Source: Selenomonadales bacterium
GTDB lineage: Bacteria; Bacillota; UBA994
DNA: 64,000 nucleotides
Reading direction: 5' to 3'
Assembly: GCA_018335585.1 (NCBI GenBank)
Contig: JAGXRZ010000001.1
Location: 6,281-70,280 of the forward strand
A program made the translations under genes and the position numbers. The notes under the pieces are model-generated. The model saw only the letters and a list, made by a program, of their open reading frames with translations, ran no database searches and was not told the DNA's origin. Numbering within the stretch: the first letter of the stretch is position 1; the number at the start of each line of letters is the position of its first letter. Below are positions 48,647 through 56,781 of the stretch, in pieces.

Positions 48647-50488
48647 TCATTCTCCTCCTTTTGCTCCATTATATCCGGGCACAAAGTGTTTTGACAGACC
48701 TTTTCCTAATTCTTCTCCTATTTGTTTTCTGAGTGAAGTGAGATTTTTATGTTCCCCGGTGAAGTACAGAAAAAACACTGGGAACAGAGACCAGTTCCTG
48801 TCCAGTTCTGCATTAATTGAAGACACCTCTGACAACGGCACCGCCTCTCCTTGGCAGTGCACATATGGGTCTAACACGGATGCCTTATTCTTGTTAAACT
48901 GCACTAGGTACTTACCTAGGACTGCGCGAGCAGCATGGTGGACAATCTCTTGGAACTTACTGCTATCGTCTACATCCATAAGTGCCTTCGCAGCCCCTAA
49001 GAAGAATCCCCCGCTTTTTACCTTCTTAGCCTGCTCAAAGGATGCCCTAAGCGGTTCCGGCAGCCACTCGCTGGCTGCGTTCATGGCCTGCACGCAGGCC
49101 TGGTCTATTTGACGAAAATCATTAGTCCGTTTGACAAGCGAGCTATAGCGTTTCTGATTAGATAGGAGTTCTTCTAGCTGGAACTTCAACTCGTCCTGAC
49201 CATTGTGGTACTCCTCGTAGTAATGGCGGCGCAGCACGGTAAGCATCCAAGCGTCGTCCCACTGCACAAGGTCATCAAAATACACCTTGTCAGCATCACG
49301 GTCACCATTAGCCACTGCTCGCCACAGCCCAGAAATATCCATGGGAAGCGCGCGGCCCTTTTCGGTTAGAACGGCACCTTGGTCCATTAAATACCTGGTC
49401 GCGAGGCCTGTTACAGTTTGTGTCAAGAGGGCGTCTGTCTTCCTTACTCTGTGGTGGAAGACTACATACTTGTAGAGAAACCACCGTAGCTTGAAAAAAT
49501 CCTCTATCGCGCTTAGCGCTCGAATGTCAGGGCAGAAGTAGAACCTTTCTTCAACTTGCATAAGACGCATAGATGTCAATAGGCGTTCATCGGCTGCCCT
49601 GCTCTTCATAAAGCCTGAATTCTCAAGGTCTCTTACAACATAGTCTAGTCTATCACCGTCCATGGGGCCGGAGATAATGCCATGTATATCAGCGCACAGA
49701 AAATCACCTTCGTTCTTCCCTGTTTCTTTTAGGATATCCAAACATAAACTATGTACGAGTTTATAGAGCATTTGGCAGCACGCTTCTTCGCGGTTAGGGT
49801 GCACATTTAGCTGAGCCTTGCGCGCTACATGCTCTAATAGCCTATCAGCAATCCTAATACCTAACGCCTCATGCAGTTCATCTGTGCCATTAACACCCAA
49901 GCTGTTGCTAAACTCCGCAACCCGCGTGGTCATCGTTGGGGCACACGACAGGCCGTGGTTAATGTCGTTTAGTGCCAACTCTGTGACGTGGCTGAATGGC
50001 GGGTGGCCGATATCATGTAACAGAGCTGCGCATCTGACAGCTTGGTATAGGATAACGTAAACCCAGACCTGCTCCTGCTTGAGCGAGGGCCGGTTAGTAA
50101 TGTACATCCTGTCACAATCGGCAATCACAGATGGGTGCCTCATAAGCTCTGTAATGTGGTCGCCTAACTTCGTCCGCCATATCTCCGCCTGCCCCGTACT
50201 AAGGTAGCCTCTTATTCGCTGCTCGACTTTACCAAGAAAATCATCCTTGGTCGTAGGTACTGCGTTCTCCACTGCATACCGCAAAATCCGGCTACAGAGG
50301 TGCATGGCCCCAATCGAGTGCGTAAAGCGAGAGGTTTTGTTCGCCGGATATGTTAAGTAGGCCGTAGAATTCTGTAAGACGGAATGCAGACGGTTAAAAG
50401 CCTGCGTCGATATTATGAGCTTCTCCATTTGACTCAACTGGACTGAGCCATGGACAGAGTCTGCTATCTGGAATATCTTGTCGTTCAT
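48647..50488 (-). CDS. HD-domain phosphohydrolase of the dGTPase/SAMHD1-like type
   Basis: FTHSIGAMH .. LLHDIGHPPFSH .. DGDRLDYVVRD gives the H..HD..D metal motif set. ATG 50488 behind GAAGGAG. AT-rich gene. Confidence 0.7.
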   Translation of the reverse strand: MNDKIFQIADSVHGSVQLSQMEKLIISTQAFNRLHSVLQNSTAYLTYPANKTSRFTHSIGAMHLCSRILRYAVENAVPTTKDDFLGKVEQRIRGYLSTGQAEIWRTKLGDHITELMRHPSVIADCDRMYITNRPSLKQEQVWVYVILYQAVRCAALLHDIGHPPFSHVTELALNDINHGLSCAPTMTTRVAEFSNSLGVNGTDELHEALGIRIADRLLEHVARKAQLNVHPNREEACCQMLYKLVHSLCLDILKETGKNEGDFLCADIHGIISGPMDGDRLDYVVRDLENSGFMKSRAADERLLTSMRLMQVEERFYFCPDIRALSAIEDFFKLRWFLYKYVVFHHRVRKTDALLTQTVTGLATRYLMDQGAVLTEKGRALPMDISGLWRAVANGDRDADKVYFDDLVQWDDAWMLTVLRRHYYEEYHNGQDELKFQLEELLSNQKRYSSLVKRTNDFRQIDQACVQAMNAASEWLPEPLRASFEQAKKVKSGGFFLGAAKALMDVDDSSKFQEIVHHAARAVLGKYLVQFNKNKASVLDPYVHCQGEAVPLSEVSSINAELDRNWSLFPVFFLYFTGEHKNLTSLRKQIGEELGKGLSKHFVPGYNGAKGGE

Positions 50489-50630
50489 ACTTACCGCTCC
50501 TTCGTGACCCATCGCCTACTACCGTGGCTGCTCAGGCCAAATGTAGACCTTTAAGGATACATTCTCCACAAACGAGAGCATTTCCTGCACCCCCGCGCGT
50601 GAAGCAAAAGCTCTGTCCCCAGTGCTTTCG

Positions 50631-50873
50631 TAATCAGGGTAATCAGTCAAATCAGGCTCTAAGCTTACGGGGGATACTCAGGATGACCAGAGCCTGATTA
50701 GCCTTATTGCCCTGATTGAGAGTTTGCCCTCAGGGGCCTTCACCTCAGGGGCCGTCATAGGGCCTTTATAAGCGTCTCTCCTTCCAATCAGGGTAATCAG
50801 TGAAATCAGGCTCTAAATTACCGGAGATCCTCAGGATAACCAGAGCCTGATTGACCTTATTGCGCTGATTAGG
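50631..50873. repeat. Two island hairpin units with linker
   Basis: Units at about 50631-50720 and 50788-50873. Preceded by a degenerate REP at 50598-50630. Confidence 0.9.
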
Positions 50874-50970
50874 GCATAGATTTAGAATCTGTGCGTCCCG
50901 GACAGCTGCACTTTTATGCTCTATTTTGATACACTTTGAAGCATAAACGTACAAACGCGAGGTGACTGGC

Positions 50971-51570
50971 ATGTCAGTTGATGAAAGAACGTCCATTTAC
51001 AGGCTCTTGAAAGATGGCAACGGTTTCGTGACAGCAACGCAAGTTACGGCAGCCGGAATTCCGCGACGCTGCCTAACCGCCATGAGTAGGTCTGGGTTAA
51101 TATGTAAGGTCGAACGCGGTATCTACGCCCTACCTGAGGTCTGGGAGGACGATCTGTTTTTCACTCAGTATCGCTTTAGCAGAGGCATTTTCTCGCACGA
51201 AACGGCATTGTCATTGCACTCACTAACAGACCGCACTCCCGTCAAGTATACCATGACCTTCCCCGCTGGGTACAATACTGTAAACGCTAGGCGCAAGGGT
51301 ATCATTGCTAAATGTGCGACAGCGGATACTTATGCATTAGGAGTGACAGAAGTGCCTTCTCCTAACGGAAACCCACTGCGGGCCTATGACATTGAACGTA
51401 CTCTGTGCGACATTGTAAAGACTAGGCATCAGGCTGACATTCAAGTCATCAACCAAGCCATGAAGGCCTATGCCAGCTCAAGGGATAAGGATATGGCTAA
51501 GCTCATTGACTATGCCAGAAGGCTACGTGTGACACCCAAGGTGCTGCACTACATGGAGGTGCTGCTATGA
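50971..51570 (+). CDS. AbiEi-family antitoxin (type IV TA)
   Basis: N-terminal ..VTATQVTAAGIPRRCLTAMSRSGLICKVERGIYALPE. ATGA overlap with AbiEii. ATG 50971 behind GAGGTGA. Confidence 0.7.
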   Translation: MSVDERTSIYRLLKDGNGFVTATQVTAAGIPRRCLTAMSRSGLICKVERGIYALPEVWEDDLFFTQYRFSRGIFSHETALSLHSLTDRTPVKYTMTFPAGYNTVNARRKGIIAKCATADTYALGVTEVPSPNGNPLRAYDIERTLCDIVKTRHQADIQVINQAMKAYASSRDKDMAKLIDYARRLRVTPKVLHYMEVLL

Positions 51571-52451
51571 CGACACGCAATCCTGCACAGCTTAAAGCCT
51601 TGTTCAAGAAAATGGCTACCGAAAAGAACTTATCCGCACAGCTGATCATGCAGAATTACATGATGGAACGGTTTCTAGAACGTCTTTCACTGTCTAATTA
51701 CAGGGAAAACTTCATCCTAAAGGGCGGCTTTCTTATCGCAGCCATTGTCGGGCTTGATTCTAGAGCTACGAGGGATCTCGACGCTACAGTTAGAGGTCTC
51801 ACGCTCACGCATGATTCTATTCGTTCGGTGTTTAGCAGCATATGTGGGGTTGACGCAGGGGACCAGGTCACATTTTCGGTTTCTAGAACAACGGATATCC
51901 GTGAAGCCGATGATTATCCCGGCATACGTGTTAGCCTGACAGCCAGCTTCCCACCCCTAATTGTCCCCATGTCCGTTGACGTAACTGCTGGCGATAAGAT
52001 TACGCCCCGCGCAATCGAATACACTTTTAGCCTTATGTTTGACGCCCGCTCTATATCTGTTCTAGCCTATAATCTAGAGACCATCTTAGCGGAAAAGCTC
52101 GAAACTATCTTGTCGAGAAACATCGCCAACACAAGGCCTAGGGATTTCTATGACGTATACATCCTCTATACGTTGTGTGGATCAGAGTGCAACCGGGCAG
52201 TCCTTCAAGCGGCCTTAGGAGAAACTGCCGTGAAGCGCGGCAGCGTAGCTGTGCTGAGGCAGTACGAGAGCATTGTCACTAACATCAAAAGCAGTTCAAG
52301 CCTGCGGGCTTTCTGGTCACGCTACCAGAAGGATTTCGACTATGCCAAAGACATCAGCTTTGACGACGCTTGTGATGCCATCCTGACGGTCCTAACTGAA
52401 GCATGTGCAGCCGGGCGGTCGCCTTTCCCTCCAAATCAGGGTAATCAGTGA
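51567..52451 (+). CDS. AbiEii/AbiGii nucleotidyltransferase toxin (DUF1814)
   Basis: ILKGGFLIAA..SRATRDLDATV NTase motif. The last 6 codons (PNQGNQ) and the stop come from the hairpin unit. Confidence 0.7.
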   Translation: MTTRNPAQLKALFKKMATEKNLSAQLIMQNYMMERFLERLSLSNYRENFILKGGFLIAAIVGLDSRATRDLDATVRGLTLTHDSIRSVFSSICGVDAGDQVTFSVSRTTDIREADDYPGIRVSLTASFPPLIVPMSVDVTAGDKITPRAIEYTFSLMFDARSISVLAYNLETILAEKLETILSRNIANTRPRDFYDVYILYTLCGSECNRAVLQAALGETAVKRGSVAVLRQYESIVTNIKSSSSLRAFWSRYQKDFDYAKDISFDDACDAILTVLTEACAAGRSPFPPNQGNQ

Positions 52452-52846
52452 AATCAGGCTCTAAACTACGGGGGTTACTCAGGATAACCAGAGCCTGATT
52501 AGCCTTATTGCCCTGATTAGGAGTTGACCTCAGGGGGCTTCACCTCAGGGGCCTTCATAGGGGCCTTCATAAGCGTCTCTCCTTCTAATCAGGGTAATCA
52601 GTGAAATCAGGCTCTAAACTACGGGGGTTACTCAGGATGACCAGAGCCTGATGGACCTTATTGCTCTGATTAAGGCGTGTAGGAGTGCTGTGAAGCAAAA
52701 AGCTCCGTCCCTTTTGCTTCCACCTCAGGGGCCTTCACAGGGGCCTGTATAAGCGTCTCTCCTTCCAATCAGGGTAATCAGTGAAATCAGGCTCTAAATT
52801 ACTGCGGATACTCAGGATAACCAGAGCCTGATTAGCCTTATTGCCC
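52434..52846. repeat. Three island hairpin units with an embedded REP hairpin (52691-52720)
   Basis: Units at about 52434-52520, 52586-52672 and 52768-52846. The last right arm is cut at ccttattgccc|acgag. Confidence 0.9.
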
Positions 52847-53056
52847 ACGAGCCACCTCAAAATGGGTGACAAACACCTCGCCGCGCAGGCGCGACACCAT
52901 TTCTTCCGGATGAGCCGTTTCGAAGAACAGCTCTACTGCTTCCCGTAGGTTGAACCTCGCTTGTTCCACTGTGTCCCCTTGGCTGGCGATATCGAGCTCT
53001 GGGCACAAGGCTACAAACCCACTACCTTCACGCTCAATCACAGCGGTAAATACCAT
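52838..53056 (-). CDS. hicB: HicB-family antitoxin, orphan copy (hicA replaced by repeat)
   Basis: MVFTAVIEREGSGFVALCPELDIASQGDTVEQARFNLREAVELFFE, near-identical to 56134..56364. Its stop codon is supplied by the repeat arm. Confidence 0.75.
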   Translation of the reverse strand: MVFTAVIEREGSGFVALCPELDIASQGDTVEQARFNLREAVELFFETAHPEEMVSRLRGEVFVTHFEVARGQ

Positions 53057-53093
53057 TGCGATCATCCTCCACTTCGAACAATCATGTGTCTAC

Positions 53094-53122
53094 AGTTTAC
53101 ATGATATGTCTAGCAGTGACAA
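53094..53122 (-). promoter_or_regulatory. reused promoter module, copy 1 (drives orphan hicB)
   Basis: Minus strand TTGTCA, 17 nt, TAAACT. Same module at 55792-55820 and 56402-56430. Confidence 0.45.
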
Positions 53123-53194
53123 CGGCACGCAAGACTGGCTCATCTTTGTCGTCCGCTGCGAAGAAAAAACTCCCGCGCTAAGGCAGGAGTATAC

Positions 53195-53740
53195 CTAGTC
53201 CAACTGCTCTGCAAAAATGTCGCCTAGGCAAACAGTAATCCCTGAAAGAACACAGGAGGAGATCTCCCCTGCTTCCCCTACTTCCTGATCTAGAACAAGC
53301 TTGCCGTCTTTTAGAGCAAAAACCTGCACCGACTTGTCATCCGGATCCACAATCCAGTATTCCCTGACCCCGCATCGTTCGTAGACTTTGAATTTCTTCC
53401 GCAAATCGTAATAGGCGGTGGCCGGAGAAAGAATTTCGACCACCAGATCAGGTGCTCCGTTGATCCGGGCCGGCTCGACTATTTCCATTCGCTCTTTGGA
53501 GATAAACAGGATGTCCGGTTGGAAGGTTTCTGTTTCACCTAGACAAACATCTACCGGAGCATCCAAGATCAGCCCCAGCTTTTGCTTAGTCACAAAGGAG
53601 CGCATCTGGAACCCTAGGCGCCCGGAAATAATCTGGTGATAAATAGACGGCGCAGGCGTCATAACAAGCTCTCCTCCGATTAACTGATACGGTGCACCTT
53701 CCGGGAGATTTTGATAGTCGGCGTGAGTATAGATCGTCAT
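53195..53740 (-). CDS. Uma2 family (DUF820) endonuclease
   Basis: ..YQLIGGELVMTPAP..PDILFISKER..APDLVVEILSP..REYWIVDP. Start moved to ATG 53740 behind AGAGGGGGG (the track N-terminus is repeat-derived). Confidence 0.7.
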   Translation of the reverse strand: MTIYTHADYQNLPEGAPYQLIGGELVMTPAPSIYHQIISGRLGFQMRSFVTKQKLGLILDAPVDVCLGETETFQPDILFISKERMEIVEPARINGAPDLVVEILSPATAYYDLRKKFKVYERCGVREYWIVDPDDKSVQVFALKDGKLVLDQEVGEAGEISSCVLSGITVCLGDIFAEQLD

Positions 53741-53852
53741 AATCACACCCCCCCTCTTAGCGCGGAGATTCCTTATGTCAATCGCCACGGTTTCGCTATC
53801 ATCATAGCACCGCAGACTGCTTCCCGCAACGGGAGTCTGGCTTCCACGTTCA

Positions 53853-54030
53853 CTCAGGATGACCAGAGCCTGATGGACCTTATTGCCCTGATTAGGAGTT
53901 GAGCACAGGGCCTTCATAGGGCCTTTTTACGCGCCTTTCCCTCTAAATCAGGGTAATCAGTGAAATCAGGCTCTAAATTACCGGGGATACTCAGGATGAC
54001 CAGAGCCTGATGGACCTTATTGCCCTGATT
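53853..54030. repeat. Solitary right arm plus one full island hairpin unit
   Basis: ctcaggatgaccagagcctgatggaccttattgccctgattaggagttga.. followed by the unit at about 53944-54030, then REP 54051-54080. Confidence 0.9.
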
Positions 54031-54580
54031 AAGACGTGTAGGAGTGCTGTGAAGCAAAAAGCTCCGTCCCTTTTGCTTCGCTAGCGGCTGGCGACTTACC
54101 TAGGACAAATCTGGCCCCTTCACGACGCAGCATTTGGTACGGGCTAATGCAGGCAATGCCTATCCCTTGGCATACGTTAGGGATCTTTATGCGCTTCAAG
54201 GAATTCGCCGGAATCTCGTGCGTGACAACGATGTGGCGCCCCGCTAATGCGTGTGCTATTAGGTAGTAATCGGCCACTTGCATAAAAGTGTTGATTGCAG
54301 CTGCTTCGTACTTCTGCCTCGTTACCCAGTCGGCAACTTTCCCAAGCTGCACAAAAACGTCAGCGTCAGTGTCACGGAAGAGGCTGCCACCCGTGTTCCG
54401 TACCCAATCCGACAGCTCATCAGCACCGCCAGCTATTTCGTCGGCAATTTTGTCTACACTCCAAACACGGCCCTTGGCATTGCTAACAAGCAGCCAATCC
54501 CAGAATGCAGGGCAAAAGTCTAATCCGTAGTGTAGGTTTTTAGCCTGAATGAACACATTGGTATCCAGCAAATAAGTCAT
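54029..54580 (-). CDS. DUF4411 PIN-like nuclease
   Basis: MTYLLDTNVFIQAKNLHYGLDFCPAFWDWL N-terminus. ATGA overlap with the upstream ImmA gene. The C-terminal tail is read through a REP hairpin. Confidence 0.65.
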   Translation of the reverse strand: MTYLLDTNVFIQAKNLHYGLDFCPAFWDWLLVSNAKGRVWSVDKIADEIAGGADELSDWVRNTGGSLFRDTDADVFVQLGKVADWVTRQKYEAAAINTFMQVADYYLIAHALAGRHIVVTHEIPANSLKRIKIPNVCQGIGIACISPYQMLRREGARFVLGKSPAASEAKGTELFASQHSYTS

Positions 54581-55776
54581 AGCATCACCCCTAATGCACG
54601 GGCAGCCTCATAGAAGGTAGCGGTTTTACGTATTCCCAACATGCGAAAAGCGTCGCGAAACAATGTCTGCCCTTCTAGGGTGCTAGAGATTACTGCCCGA
54701 GCAAAGAGCTTGCCCGTGCGCGCCGCAAGTGTGCGGTAAAAATCACCGCCGCTGCCACCACCACGATCGTAGCTTAAGATGCGTTCCGCTTCTGCATTGT
54801 AGGCCTGCCAGTAAGTATCCTGATCGATAGCGCCAATGTCCAGCAGTCGACGCAATATCACCAGCAGGCTCACCTTGAACACGCGGGCCAAATGCTGTAC
54901 CTCCTCTTCGAGCGGAAGATCTGGCCGACGTCGACCATGCAATTCTTCCACAGGCACGAGCACCTCTGCTGCTATCGCATTGCACCACCGCTCGATTGGC
55001 TGCGCGGGAACTGCTCCCGCAACCGGATCGGACACTCCACTTTCCCCAATCCACAAGTGTGCCAATTCATGGCATAGGGTAAACATTTGCGCAGACTTGC
55101 TGTCGGCTGCATTCAAAAAGATCACCGGAGCGAAGCGGTCAGCAAGGGCGAATCCACGGAACTCGGCAACATCAAGCTTGCGACGAGTGTTGCTCCCAAC
55201 TATTGAACTCGCCATAACAAGAATACCCACATCTTCGGCTTTTTGTTTAAGATAGCGTAACGCCTCCGCCCAAGTCGGAAGTCTCATTCTTGCTTCTGTA
55301 GAAAGCCCTAGCGTGCGCGCTATCGACCCCGCCACTGCGACAGGATCCTCTTGCGGGCTGACGCTCTGTATGAAGCTCAAAGGTGTTAAGCCATGTAAGT
55401 GCGCGTACTCGACAAACCAGTCTTGCCTCTGTTGGCACATGTACACCGTGTCAAGCAAGTTTAGGCTGGGGCGTGTGTCTATTCGACCGGCAAGTGTTCG
55501 CAAATCAGGTATCGGCAACTGCAGATCCGGAGGCACGGATAGGAACAAGTACCCAATCGGAAGATGCACAGCTTGCGCGTACTCCTCCAGCTGACGCAGA
55601 GTCGGCTGAACTTTGCCTAACTCCCAATCTCGCAGTTTTGGGAAGCGCCGGCTAAGGAACATGCTTTCTAGTCCCGCGCGTTCGCGTGCCCAACGCAGCA
55701 CCTCGGGCTTGACCGCGACCCTAGCCAATCCGACCACGTCCCTTTCTAGGTTAAATCTCGCTTGTTCCACTGCCAC
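54577..55776 (-). CDS. HTH (XRE-like) plus ImmA/IrrE-type zinc metallopeptidase
   Basis: HELAHLWIGE (HEXXH) with an N-terminal ..PEVLRWARERAGL.. HTH region. The first ~10 codons are a hicB fragment, so the true start is uncertain. Confidence 0.65.
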   Translation of the reverse strand: MAVEQARFNLERDVVGLARVAVKPEVLRWARERAGLESMFLSRRFPKLRDWELGKVQPTLRQLEEYAQAVHLPIGYLFLSVPPDLQLPIPDLRTLAGRIDTRPSLNLLDTVYMCQQRQDWFVEYAHLHGLTPLSFIQSVSPQEDPVAVAGSIARTLGLSTEARMRLPTWAEALRYLKQKAEDVGILVMASSIVGSNTRRKLDVAEFRGFALADRFAPVIFLNAADSKSAQMFTLCHELAHLWIGESGVSDPVAGAVPAQPIERWCNAIAAEVLVPVEELHGRRRPDLPLEEEVQHLARVFKVSLLVILRRLLDIGAIDQDTYWQAYNAEAERILSYDRGGGSGGDFYRTLAARTGKLFARAVISSTLEGQTLFRDAFRMLGIRKTATFYEAARALGVML

Positions 55777-55791
55777 TTCTCATGTGTCTAC

Positions 55792-55820
55792 AGTTTACAT
55801 GATATGCCTAGCAGTGACAA
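55792..55820 (-). promoter_or_regulatory. reused promoter module, copy 2 (drives ImmA/DUF4411)
   Basis: TTGTCA-17-TAAACT on the minus strand. Confidence 0.4.
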
Positions 55821-55937
55821 CGGCACGCAAGACTGGCTCAGCTTTGTCATCCGCTGCGAAGAAAAAACTCCTGCGCTAAGACAGGAGTGCTGTGAAGCAA
55901 AAAGCTCCGTCCCCGGTGCTTCCCCGGTGCTTCACGC

Positions 55938-56156
55938 CTACTCGAATAGTTCTCGGGACAATCCTGATTGCCTGATGATCGACTGAAGCGTCCCAATGCG
56001 AAGCTCATCGTGATCCGGAACGGGAACGGTTAAAGAACTTTGGAGAAGCTTCTTTTGCATGACAATATGGCTACCGCGCCGTCGTACTTCGACGAACCCA
56101 TGCGCAGAGAGAATCGTGCACACCTGTTTGCCACTAAGAACGCGCAGTTTGCCCAC
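55938..56156 (-). CDS. hicA: HicA-family mRNA interferase toxin
   Basis: (V)GKLRVLSGKQVCTILSAHGFVEVRRRGSHIVMQK. GTG 56156 preferred over the track TTG 56168. Confidence 0.7.
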   Translation of the reverse strand: MGKLRVLSGKQVCTILSAHGFVEVRRRGSHIVMQKKLLQSSLTVPVPDHDELRIGTLQSIIRQSGLSRELFE

Positions 56157-56364
56157 GAGACACCTCAAAATGGGTTACAAAAACCTCGCCGCGCAGGCGC
56201 GACACTATTTCTTCAGGATGAGCCGTCTCGAAGAACAGCTCTACTGCTTCCCGTAGGTTGAACCTCGCTTGTTCCACTGTGTCCCCCTGGCTGGCGATAT
56301 CGAGCTCTGGGCACAAGGCTACAAACCCACTACCTTCACGCTCAATCACAGCGGTAAATACCAT
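56134..56364 (-). CDS. hicB: HicB-family antitoxin
   Basis: MVFTAVIEREGSGFVALCPELDIASQG.. Overlaps hicA. GGAGGA RBS 8 nt upstream. Confidence 0.75.
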   Translation of the reverse strand: MVFTAVIEREGSGFVALCPELDIASQGDTVEQARFNLREAVELFFETAHPEEIVSRLRGEVFVTHFEVSRGQTARS

Positions 56365-56401
56365 TGCGATCATCCTCCACTTAGAACAATCCTGTGTCTA
56401 C

Positions 56402-56430
56402 AGTTTACATGATATGCCTAGCAGTGACAA
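56402..56430 (-). promoter_or_regulatory. reused promoter module, copy 3 (drives hicBA)
   Basis: TTGTCA-17-TAAACT on the minus strand. Confidence 0.45.
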
Positions 56431-56531
56431 CGGCACGCAAGACCGGCTCATCTTTGTCGTCCGCTGCGAAGAAAAAACTCCCGCGCTAAGGCAGGAGTGC
56501 TGTGAAGCAAAAAGCTCCGTCCCCGGTGCTT

Positions 56532-56728
56532 CTCAGGATGACCAGAGCCTGATTGACCTTATTGCCCTGATTAGGAGTTGAGCGCAGGGGACTTCACCTG
56601 AGGGGCCTTCATAGGGCCCTTTATAGGTGCCTTTCCCTCTAAATCAGGGTAATCAGTGAAATCAGGCTCTAAATTACCGGGACACTCAGGATAACCAGAG
56701 CCTGATTAGCCTTATTGCCCTGATTAGG
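56532..56728. repeat. Solitary right arm plus one full island hairpin unit
   Basis: Flanked by degenerate REP copies at 56502-56532 and 56742-56785. Confidence 0.9.
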
Positions 56729-56781
56729 GCGTGTAGGAGTGTTGTGAAGCAAAAGGCTCCGTCCCCGGTGCTTCCCGGTGC

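Noticed and set aside
50766-50996. Small ORFs with PNQGNKV.QALVIL.. or RCEEKTPALRQE peptides (50766..50996, 52950..53198, 56258..56581, 58592..58828, and the N-terminus of 53195..53917)
   Set aside because: They are translations of the hairpin unit or of pmm scars. Reading frames and lengths differ between copies.
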